DNA of 64,000 bases, from positions 10,664,001-10,728,000 of the forward strand of contig CP158636.1 of NCBI GenBank assembly GCA_050273025.1, given 5' to 3'. Below are positions 38,833-50,006 of this stretch, in pieces. This DNA comes from Cenococcum geophilum (lineage: Eukaryota). Positions within the stretch are counted from its first letter, which is position 1, and every line of letters starts with the position of its first letter. A program made the translations under genes and the position numbers. The notes under the pieces were generated by a model that was given only the letters and a program-made list of their open reading frames with translations, was not told the DNA's origin and ran no database searches.

Positions 38833-39762
38833 CAGTGCTCTTATCAATATCAAATATTGATTACTGATATTGAATATTGAATATTGAACGTTCAATATCA
38901 ATATCAATACGATATGTTCAATACTGAAAGATATTGAATATTGAAGATTTTTGGGGTTGGGGTGGTAAAATTAAGGCAGACATATTAGTAAATGACTCTT
39001 AGGCCTCCTTACAATACGTGCGCATTTCAAATTTGCTAGGTAAACCTATGGGGGGTAAAAATTACTAAATATTGAATTAGATCTTGCAAGTCATCGCGTA
39101 CAACATCGTCAATTTTAACGATTTTTGCACCCCCCCCAGAGTTTACACCGGCACGCCCTACCTTCGATTAACGCCATGCCTCCCTTATCTACCAACGTGA
39201 TTAAGGACGATAATGCATCCTCCTCTGCTATTTCTAAGCTCAATTCTGATCGGTTTATCTACTCTGGCGGCGACGACGACGTGTCGAGCGACTACGACGC
39301 GTTGAGCGACTACGACGCGTTGAGCGACTCTACACCAAATGCAACCACCACAAAGTCGCCTCGTAAAAGGCGCCAGTTAGCTACCTCTACATAGCAGCTT
39401 ACCCGCAATCCTCTCTCTTAAATGGCAATTAATATATTATCTATACCGTCAATATCGGCAGAGGTTGAGCGAATTGTTTTAGGTGCTCGGCGAACAATTT
39501 TATGGGACTGTATATCACTAGGGAGTGCTGATATTAAACGTACGGAGTACTTGAAGAGCTGGCTACTAAGTAATATTACCGCGGGAGGAGGCTCTACCTG
39601 AGCCCAGGGGCGTACGGGGCCTGCACTTAATTAAAACACTATACCAAGACTGTACTATATTCAATATTCAATATCTTTTAATATCTTTTCAATATTGAAC
39701 TAATATTCAATATCAATATCAATACGGCCTTATTCTAATATTGAATATTGATAAGAGCACTG
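38833..39762 (+). mobile_element. Internally deleted hAT DNA transposon
   Basis: TIR CAGTGCTCTTATCAATAT. 8-bp TSD GTTATGGG/GTTGTGGG. Subterminal ATATTGA/TCAATAT arrays. hAT dimerisation relic MAINILSIPSISAEVERI at ~39422-39475. Confidence 0.92.
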
Positions 39763-40371
39763 GTTGTGGGTTGTGCAACCTGCTTCCAGCCATTTCTGGT
39801 TCGAACTCGGATCGGTTAAATAATCTGATAATCCAAGATCAAATAGTGTGAAACTAAAATTTTTTCAATTGAAAAAGTGTTGTATTATAACTTACGAGCA
39901 AGTCGAGGAAGTTCGATGTATAAAACAAAATATGTAAACTATGCAGTTAGTGGGAAAGTGAGAGGGTGCTGTAAAGCCCACCCACTCTAAATTGTGGAGT
40001 TTGTACACGTAGAAGGGGAGGATAAGTATTGAAGCACTATGTTGATTAGGCTTGCGCCGCTCAATATTGGCCTTTTCTATGCAAATAATCTTTAAGATTA
40101 CTTCATTTCTCTCATAATTTCCCCATATAGGGAGCCCGTGGGAGAGCCCACAGATTAATACGCAGCGTATTTTTCTAACATACAGGCAGTCAAAACGTTG
40201 ATTGGATCGCTTTTCTATCTATTATCGGTTTGTTGAACCGAAAGTTTAAGGCTGGCATCCTGTTAAACTGCCAAGGTTTGCTGCCTTCAGCCTTCCTCGT
40301 TTCATCAATACGCCCTTTTATAGACAAGACGAAAGCATTAATCATAAATTCAAAGTTAATTCCCGGCAGTC

Positions 40372-43060
40372 ATGTCTTTCGGCTTTGCTGTAGGCGATTT
40401 CATCGCCGTGGGTGATCTTGCACACCGGCTCTGGCGCGACGTGTATTCGGTAGCTCGTGCAGCTCCCCAAGATCTCAAAGAATTGTCATCAGAGCTTAGC
40501 GTACTATCACAGTCTATTTCTATCCTTGTGGAAGATCTCAACAATCCGAATTCGACATTGATTATGGCTGGAGACAGTCGTGTAAAGTTAGTCACGGAGA
40601 TGATGGCAGGAGCTAAGGAGACTTTAACTAAATTGCAAGATTTTGCGAAGAGGCATGGAGTTATTCGAACTGATGACAGATCCAAGGTTAAGAAGGTTTT
40701 TGACAGGCTTCGATACGCGAGAGATGCGTCCGCGCTAAACAGTCTACGGTCCAAGGTAAGGTCTTCATGTGTAAATTGTTCTCATTTGGCTGATCTCCAT
40801 AGCTTGTATATCATAACGGCGTTTTAAACCTTCTATTAACTTCTGTCGGAAATTCCTCACTTGAGCGACTCCAATCTGACAACCAAATTATGTCGGAAAA
40901 TATTTCTCAGATCAAAACACTGATGATTGCATCTACTTCTTCGCCTGAGCTAAACCGTAGTATTCCAAATGTTCCGCTCATTACGATCAGCCCTGATCAA
41001 GACTTCCAAATAAAAGTCTCCCAGCTTTTCATGTCGAAGGCTGAAGTAGCTCGGCCATGGGTCTCATTTGGTATTGATGTTTGGATGCAAGCAGGCAGAT
41101 GGTGGCTGCTCAAGGTGGGAGTCTACCTATCTTTACCACAAAACTCGAATCTAGGAGTATGATTTGTCTGATATCAAATTTATAGGCTTGTTCGACCCTA
41201 CGCACGGAAATAACTGTAGAGAAAATTGACGCTCAGGCTTATACAGATCTACTAAAGGCGTCCTGGATCCTCATTGATGTCGTCGCGGAGCATCCTCAGC
41301 GGACTTTCCTTCATGCGAGTACTCAACAGCTAGAGCTAAGATCGTTTGCAAACGTACGCCAGGTTCCCCTTTCATTTTCGGCTGGTTACTTATTTTGTGC
41401 AGACCATACGCCAAGAATACGAAAAGATTTCTCAGTCAGGCCTTATTGTGCCTTGCTTGTCAGAGATAGGAGCATGCGAAATAAATGTGTGGCCCTCTGC
41501 GCCGATGGGTCATGTGAACTTAGGAGCGGAAGCAATATTTCCATCACTGCATCATCATGTAGCGTTGTCAGCATCATCGGATTCTAGCCTTCTATACCAG
41601 GGGTAACTCCATGAGATAATTCGTAGTTTGCACAAGGCGGCTGATTTTCACAGGTTTGGGGGATTCCAGACACCTAACCAAGCTTTTCCCATTGAATGTA
41701 TGTTTTTGATTCTCCTTAAGAAGGACGCATCAAACATGCACATAATTGCACGTACAGCAGGGGGGTTAGATCTGGCCGTAATCGATATCAACCCCAGGGA
41801 ACCATGGCCTTGTAAGTTTTATTTTTGCTCTGTAGTCCTTTTAAATTATGAGAAGATATTCAAAGCTGCAAATTTCAACTACAGGTTACTCAGAAAGTAG
41901 TTTTTTTATTTTTTATAGTGCAGCTGGGTTAGTAAGTAGTAGCATATAATTACTGTCAGGTCATACTTTAGGCTTTAACTGAACGAGCGGTTGGTGGTTA
42001 GTGAGCTATGGATACCTTCGGGATCCTTGAGGACTCGAAAATGTCTTCTTTTTCAAGTCTTGGGGAAACTCCGCAGAAAACAAGTTATCAGTTGTAATGA
42101 CTAGCTGACATATTAACAGGCGTTAGGGCAACATCGGACCGGCTCTCTCTTGCAACTATTATGCTAAGCATGACACCTCATAGATCAGAACCTGCATCAG
42201 GTTCAGGTTCAAAAAAATTCATATTTCGGCACATAGAAGGTATTTTTTACTAGTTTCCCATCTATCCCACACTCGATAACGGTGGGGTAGATGCTACTTT
42301 ATTTAAAGCTTTGGTTCACGGAGCGGTGAATTATCTATTCACATTCGACTGCGATACTCTAGATCCTTTAACAGTGCATGCTATGTCTACGCTCTACATA
42401 GCTGGGGACTTCTTCTCTGACAGCCTTTGGGGTCGCCTAGGACTTTACCATAGCAATCCGATGTTTCCTATCGGCATTTTGCTCCGAGACAGAGTGCGCT
42501 TTACTGCTCGACCAACAACAAGCCCACTTTGGCAGCTTGCTGAAGAGGTTGGAAATTACTTTCTACCGGATGGGAGATGCCAAAATCGCCACATAGCTCA
42601 CCTGCTAGATGCGATAGACCCATTAATCATTCTTCCTATTTTTACCAAAGAAGGCATGCGTCGGTTCGCCATAAGAGAAATCCTTACTTCTTCCATTGAC
42701 AGAACGCGGTGGGGGCCGGAGGGCATAGCCTTGGCTATAGAACGGATTAAATTATTGATCGAACATGGGCCTTCGATAGAGCTGGATTATAAGTCTTGGG
42801 AAGACATTTGCCGAGAAAAAGGCTTCCTCTTAACATGTGTTCATCACACCTGCGAGTTCTGGGAACAGAGTCTCCGTGACGTCGTCACATCTCTGAAAAT
42901 AGCAAGGACAGGCTTTCGAAGAAAGTTTGTTGATATGAGTATAATATCCTCTAGGCTGTTCAGTAGCCTTTTAGTGCAGTTAGGCTATCCTAAAGTGGTT
43001 TCCGAAGCTAACTGTAGCCTGTGTGGGGTATTTTTACAGTACAGTTTTGACGAGTCCTAG
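40372..43060 (+). CDS. Multi-exon protein with N-terminal HeLo-like/SesA-type domain; remainder uncharacterised
   Basis: N-terminus MSFGFAVGDFIAVGDLA. Spliced exons ~40372-40755, 40803-41114, 41186-41354, 41403-~41561 and ~41654-41811, then an uncertain stretch, then a final exon ending at 43060. Motifs LNLLLTSVGNSSLER, WMQAGRWWLLK and YTDLLKASWIL. Confidence 0.75.
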
Positions 43061-44046
43061 AAGCGAGTAAGGAGGATATTCTTGCTTTTTTTTGGTATGA
43101 AAATCCTAAGAGGTTTTCCGATCATGCCTTAGAATGAGTGCTTGATACAAATTATGTGTAGAAAAGTCCGACGCCAATGGACCATCATATAGTGATCTAC
43201 TTCGATTGAAACGGAGTGAATTAAAGGCAGAATCTAGTCTAATATGTTACTCTATATCTGATAGACAATACCTATAAGGCAATAACAGGTTGTTGAACAG
43301 GGTAGAAGCCAAGCCTAGATCTATTGGATTGACAATTCGCGCTCGGCCCAAAAATATTACCGTTGACGACCCATGGATATATACTAAGGGGCTCCGCTAG
43401 TACGATAAATATTAGTAGTGAGGTGTTCGTAATTGTTTTAAAATCGCGCGAACTTTTGCCATCTCTAATCAGCAGCGCTGATTTTCGGAAGGCTGTACCC
43501 GAAAAAACCCCCTAATAAATTACACGCATCTGCTCAAATCCTTAGACTTGACAGCTCCATATCCAATTCTAAAGCCTAGGTCCTAGCATCACGCTAACAT
43601 CAGCCACTCACCTCAAATATCTAACCGATATATTGATTGGATGTAAAATACAGTCTAATGCATGCCTATGTCATCAGCCAGTAATCCGGCCCCCAGTGCA
43701 CCATCTGCCACATCCATCTATCTGCCATGAGTAAGCCAATGCACAGTCCATCCATCCATCCATCATCAATAAGGCCGATCCGCCTTCGTATGGGTAAAAA
43801 AAAAGCCAGTTCACCATGAGTGAGATCGTTTCGCCATCAGTGAGACCGATTCACCATCATGTAAAAGAAAGCCCCTTCTATTGTAGTCGTTTTAGACCAA
43901 TCTACTGCCAGTAAGACCGCTCCCTCTATCACTATCAACATTTGATTCTCCCGCTAATTTGCCAGACTCCCCTTCCCACCTACCAAACCCATTTCGTTGG
44001 TGGTCCAGCCGTTCGCTCTGCAAAGGCTAGCCTAGCACGCCGGTGA

Positions 44047-46219
44047 TCAGAACAAGTCCGTCATGGCGCCGTGACTCGCGTCGCCGACGAGCTTGGCATA
44101 CTTCGCCAGCACGCCTCTGGTGACGTTTGGCTTGGGCGGCTTCCAATCCTCGAGGCGCTTCTTGATGTCCTCGTCGCTGGCGTTCATGCTGATGGTGTTG
44201 TTCTGCGCGTCGATGGTGATGATGTCGCCGTCCTTGACAACGGCCAGCGGTCCGCCGACGGCGGCTTCGGGGCAGATGTGTCCGACGATGAAGCCGTGCG
44301 AGGCGCCCGAGTAGCGGCCGTCGGTGATCAGCGCGACGTTGTTGAGCTTGGCGCCCATGAGCGCTGCCGAGGCTTTCAGCTGCTCCGGCATCCCGGGTCC
44401 GCCCTTGGGACCCTCGTAGCGCACCACCAAGACCAATTCCTCGCTGCGCGGGATCTGGCCTTTTGAGAGGGCATCGTTGAGCTCGTGCTCCTTGTTGAAT
44501 ACGCGAGCCTTGCCGACGAACTTCAAGCCTTCCTTGCCGGTGATTTTGGCGACAGCGCCCGCGGGTGCGAGATTGCCGTGCAAGATCTCAATGTGGCCGG
44601 TCCCTTTTATTGGCTTGTCTAAACTGCGGATGATCTCTTGGCCTTGGGGGAGGGACGGGAAGGGTTCGATGTTCTCGGCCAAAGTTTTTCCGGTGACGGT
44701 CATGATAGAACCATCCATGAGCTTAGCTGCACAGAGGAGTTTCATGACGGACGGAATGCCGCCGATCTCATAGAGATCCGCTACGAAGTATTTGCCGGAC
44801 GGCGCGAGGTTGGCGATGAAAGGAATCCTGTTGGATACGCGCTGGATATCGTCGAGGGATAATGGTACACCAGCGCTTCCGGCCATGGCCAAGAGATGAA
44901 GGACAGCGTTTGTAGAACCACCGAGAATCATCATCATTACTAGGGCATTTTCGAATGAGGCTCTCGTCAGGAGATCTTTGGGGCGGATGTTCTTCTCCAT
45001 GCATACCTTTATCGCCGCAGCAGCTTTCACACATTCGCGCATCTTGGCAGGCGAAGTGGCCGGAGTGCAAGAGGAGTTTGGGAGAGTTAGACCCATAGCC
45101 TCGATAGAGGTCGACATCGTATTTGCAGTGTACATGCCACCACAAGCTCCAGCGCCGGGGCAAGCATGCTGCTCGAAGTCGTCCATGATCTCATCAGCAG
45201 TGATCTTTGGATCATGTGGGCTAATGAGCGTGTTGTATGCGTACGCGCCTTGTGCCTCGTAACATGAGGTGATGTTTATGGGTTTCCGTAGCGTCTCGCT
45301 ATATCCTGGCTGAATGGTGCCTCCGTAAATCATGATAGATGGGCGATTGTGACGCGCAAAGGCCATAATGCAACCGGGCATGTTCTTGTCGCATCCTGGG
45401 ATGGCAATGCAGGCGTCGTGGTGCTGGGCGCATGTCACGGTCTCTATGCTGTCTGCGATGATCTCACGAGTCTGTAGGGAGAAGCGCATTCCTAGCATGA
45501 ATCAGCATTCCAGTAAGTTCAAAAGTTCAGATACCACATCCTAGGCCAATAACGAGACAGTCTTGGCAGGGGTTTCGGAACAGGAGTTCTGACCTTCACC
45601 GCCCATTGTTATGGCGTCGGATACACCGATGGTGTTGTATTGCCATGCTAGCATGCCCTGCTTCTGGACGGCTTCCTTGACTTGTTTCCCGAGGTCCAGC
45701 ACTACAGTTCACCGCTCCTGTTAGGAGAACACTCAAAGTGATATTGCCATGGCGAGAGAGCGCATAGAGGCTTGCGGGGTTTTTGAGGGAATAAGTTCGC
45801 TGGAGACGAGAGGTTACTGGATTTGGCGACTTACAGTGCATACTATATGAGCTGTCAGCTACCAGTAGAATGAGCGTCGGGCACGGATGATGTTTTGTAC
45901 GAACTTGCATGGATTTCCCTCCCACCACACGCTTGCAACTCCAACCTGTGGGCTTGTCTTCATGGCAACCTTATCCGGCACACCGGCGGCGTAGAGCATG
46001 GCCTGTGATGAATGTGGGTATTAATTGAGACAATTGGGAGATTGCAACCGCGACGTAATATACCTGGGCTCCCGGGAAGTCATGGCCATTGGTAACTATG
46101 GAGGAGTACTTGTTCAATGCGAGCTTTCCATCCCGCATGGTGCCATCGGGAAGGTGAGGGAAGTCTAGATAGCGCGGCTCTTGGAGCTTCTGCTGCTTTT
46201 CCAGATTGGATGGATCCAT
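44047..46219 (-). CDS. ILV3: Dihydroxy-acid dehydratase (IlvD/Ilv3 family), paralogue lacking a mitochondrial presequence
   Basis: Motifs NPCNMH, PGCDKN, GACGGMYTANTM, GGSTNAVLHL, GPKGGPGMPE and TDGRYSG. Exons 46219-46064, 46002-45905, 45842-45835, 45701-45594 and 45491-44047. Confidence 0.95.
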
Positions 46220-46300
46220 GGTGAGTTCGGATTAGGGAAGTCAATGGGTAAAATGAAGTAGAGTCAGGCGAGGAGCAGAATGTCCGAAAGGAGCTGAGGG

Positions 46301-46720
46301 TTTATAGCTGTGTTGGGTTGATGATGTGAATCTGTTAAGGTGAAGATTGTGTGGAGCGATCATAGATAATGGCCCCTTGACACCGCGGCAAGGTTGCTTG
46401 GTTGTTTGGTTGCTTGGATGCTTGATTGCTTGACTCGAAGCGCCATGGGCATCGACAGTGCCATTCTTCCCTCTCATCGGGCGACATGTGTACGGTACAC
46501 GCAGCCCCACTATTCCTGCGCTTGGGGACTTCCCATGGTGTATGGCCGGTGGAGTGATTGATCTGTGGGCGTTCCCCCGCTGGGCTATGGGGGCGAAGCA
46601 GCGGGGGAAGGCGCGAAAGCGGGGTCCAACAAAAAACTTTCAGGAGTGCACGCCATGTCACGCACGCTGTTCGCGTCCCGTTCGAAAAGCTTCGCTGCTG
46701 TGCCGAACGCGCACGAGTCA
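46301..46720 (-). promoter_or_regulatory. Putative ILV3 promoter: TATA box plus two Gcn4/CpcA-like cores
   Basis: TATAAA on the minus strand at ~46301-46306. TGACTC at 46431-46436 (+) and 46715-46720 (-). These motifs are short and could be chance. Confidence 0.35.
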
Positions 46721-47446
46721 GAAGGCGCTAGGAAGGCACCGAAGCAAGCCGGCGCCCTGTCTTCGGCGGCCAAGGCTGAAGAGCGACGCCAGAAAAGGCT
46801 CGTCAGAAGCCAGGCTGATGTCGTGAGCGGGTAGAGCCTTGGGCGTATCTGCATTGCGTATCCACACGGCATCCTTGGAGGAAAAACGGCGTCGACAGCC
46901 GAAAGCCACTGCCACTGCTTGCTTTGCTGGGGACTGCCACTACCTGCTGGGAAAACGCTCTCGCAAGCACTCGCACACCTTCGCACGCTCTCACTCGCTC
47001 TCATGCGTTAATAAATAGCAATAAAATTTCCGTCTTTGATATTTTTGGTATTGGGGTTTTGCTTACAGTTCTGTTAGCTTGCTCCCCACCTAGCCCTTAG
47101 TAATATCTGATGGCCTAGGTTGTTGGTAGCCCCGTCATTCATGATCCCAAAGTAGGATGCGTCACAACAATGAGGCTGCCACGTTCCTTGCCCGACGATG
47201 AGGCGTATATAAGGTAATTCTCCCTCCGCCAGCGGTCGCTATAATTATTGCGCTCATTTCGCTCGGGAGCCGTAGTGGCCGTCTCAGGTACCGTTGAATT
47301 CCTGCCAGACGAGAGCGCACGATCTGTTTCGTCAACTCCCAATTGGTCGAGGAATCGGGTGTGCTTCCTCTCTCAAAGTCCCGGTTTCGACATCGCCCGC
47401 AGTCCTCGTCGGTATACATTCTGAGCTTTGGACACGAACCGTCTTG

Positions 47447-50006
47447 ATGGAGCCTCATTCGCAGCGCCATGCTGCCATCTCCCGGCTGCCACAGGCATTG
47501 CTTCTGTTGCTGGGAACCACCGTGCTCGCCGAGCCAGAACCCTCACAAACCGCTCCTTCTCTCTCCCTCACCGATTTACCCTCTTCCATATTGCTGGCGG
47601 CTATAAAGACGACCTCTCTGCTTCCTTTCCACCGTTTGCAGGCCTTTTTCCAAAAAAGCACGTCTTACCCGTTGACGTTCGTGGGCATGGTCGAGCTGGC
47701 AGCGCTCTGTGGCCTCATTCCTGCTCTCTGGTGCTATAGCCAACGCGCCCGTCGGAAAAAGGGCATAAGAACGCCCAATGGCTCAATCAGCGATGGCTCG
47801 GACGCAAATAGCGTCGGTAAGGAATATCTTCGTTTTGCGTAATCTGCGCCTCCCCTGCTCGTTTTATGTGACCTTATCACAACATCAGCATATTGCGCTC
47901 TGTTATCTGCTTGCATATTTCCGCCGTCTCCACTTATTGTTTACTTCCATCAAGTTACGCACTTCTGCTCCTTATATCACTAACCCTTGTCATATAGATG
48001 CCATAAACACCGACCCAGGCTTGCTTAAGAAGCACTCCACTATCAAATCATACACTGTCCCGGCCACTAAATTTACGTATCCGGAAATCCGCACCTTCTA
48101 CCGGCCTCACCCACAAGGGGAAAAACTCCCGTCGACGCCTACTCCCGTTCCGCTGCTGGTTTTCGTTCACGGTCTTGGCGGATCCGTCGCTCAATTCCAC
48201 CCACTCCTGGTGAGCTTGGTAAACCTTGCACCATGCCTAGGTATCGATCTCCCAGGCTGCGGTATTTCCGCTTTTGCTCCCAAAACCTGGGAAGCTTATA
48301 CAACCGACTCCCTTGTTCGTCTCCTTGCCGTTGTCATTGAAGCTTATCGAGACAAAAGTAGAGGACAAGGCGTAATTCTAGTCGGACACAGCATGGGCTG
48401 CTCATTGGCAGCATTGCTAGCTTCATCTTCGTCACCATACGCATATCTCCTCTCGGATCATGTGCTTGGACTCATTGCTATCTGCCCTAGTGCAGAACCA
48501 CCAAGTCTGGAAGACGCAACAAAATTCAAAAAGCTTTTAGCAATTCCAGGCCTGGTATTCGATCTGTGGCGGAGGTGGGACCGACGGGGCGGAACCGAAA
48601 GCGCAAGTGTTGCTAGATTTGTTGGGCCGGGCGCAGAACAAGAGACGAAAAAGCTTCAGGTTCGCTTTAATGAGCAGAGCAGGACGCCTGTGTGGAGAAG
48701 GATGGCCCGTGGTTGTCTTCCGGACTACCCGAAAGGGACTCCTCAGGGCGGACTTCCCGGAAAAGAGGTTTGGGCTGGCTTGGACGTGCCAGTGTTCTTG
48801 TCTGCAGGTGAGGCAGACCATGTTACTCCCCCTGGTGAAATGCGGAAGATTGCGGCATTTCTAGGCAAAGATGTTTCCGAGAATCTGGAAAAATCAAAAA
48901 CTATCCTAGACTCTGCTGCACCTGTTGACTCAAACATTATACAACCAAACCTTATCAACAAAAAGACGGATTCTGCTGTAGAGGCTTCGGAAACACCCAA
49001 GGCGCCTTCCTCTAATTCGTCCTCGTCCACGTCACTCACTGCTAGGGCGTCTGAATTCAATGATCTCGATCTAGCCATAACCGCCACCACTATCAGTCCT
49101 GTGTCCACTGCTCATATCCCTGAGCCTCTTCCGCGCCGATTGGTACTAAAGACTACCATACTCCCTCACCCAGCCTCCCATGCTCTGTTATACGCTCCGA
49201 GCACATCCCGAACTCTTGCCGGTTTAATTGGTGCATTTATCGCCACTCACATTGATGCCCGACTTTCCCTTGGGTGGCAGCTGCAGTACCTTACCACTGA
49301 GGGCAAATGGGATGTCAAGAACCTAGCGAAATGGAAAGCAGTGAAATCGGTCTCGGAGCCCATCGCGGGTGTCTTCCGGGCGATGAAGACTCTAAGGGAA
49401 GTTGATGAGCAGCATTGCCCGAAAGTCTTTGTCAACGAATGGAAAGGGAAAATAAAGGCCGTGGTTGATATCAGCCACGAGAGCCCTGTATATGATCCCG
49501 CGGGGCTAGAAGCGGGAGGCATTGTCTACCACAAATTTCCCACTGTCTCAAAGCTGCCTCCGACAGTCGACGAAGTCGGAGCATTCATCACCCTCATTGA
49601 TAATTTGTGTGTACAGCCCTCAGCTGCTTCGGCTGAAGCTGCCGCTGCTGCTGCCGCTGCTGCTGAATCGACCTCACTTTCCATGCCACTGTCACCAGAA
49701 GCAGCTTCTAAGGCACTAAATTTACCCTCGACCATAGCGTATTCTTCCGTCCCGGAACGTTCCCCAAGGACGAGAGTAAGTTTCCAGGGCAAAATGGATG
49801 AGCTGATAGGCGTCCACTGCCACTATGGCTTTAACCGCACCGGCTTCTTTGTAGTGAGCTATCTCGTCGAGCGCCTCGAGTACAAACTTCAAGATGCCAT
49901 TAATGAGTTCCGGAGAGCGCGACCGCCTGGAATACGCCATGAGCATTTTGTCGACGCACTCTTTGTGAGATACTGCGTTGGGCTGAAGCGAGCCCCAACA
50001 TTGTAG
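47447..50006 (+). CDS. Alpha/beta-hydrolase fused to a dual-specificity (DUSP11/PIR1-like) cysteine phosphatase
   Basis: Exon 47447-47816 joins in frame to exon 47998-50006. Motifs HGLGG, DLPGCG and nucleophile elbow GHSMG. C-terminal VHCHYGFNRTG and RPPGIRH. Hydrophobic N-terminal segments. The start codon is uncertain. Confidence 0.88.

Larger units (their letters stand above)
1..39770. other. AT-rich, RIP-degraded nested transposon block
   Basis: Strong TpA excess and CpA/TpG depletion. No long ORFs despite recognisable TE protein motifs. Paired LTRs differ almost only by C>T/G>A transitions. Composition switches to GC-balanced genic DNA at ~38-40 kb. Confidence 0.95.

Noticed and set aside
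44047..46219. AstD-like self-resistance gene in a biosynthetic cluster
   Set aside because: No terpene cyclase, P450, PKS or NRPS gene is visible in the window.
46241..47004. Overlapping ORFs between ILV3 and the hydrolase-phosphatase gene
   Set aside because: GC-rich divergent promoter region gives open frames on both strands, with no protein motifs or splice support.
47778..47997. N-terminal 73 aa of the 742-aa ORF
   Set aside because: Mostly intron (GTAAGG at 47817, CTAAC branch point, TAG at 47997). The real upstream exon is in another frame.
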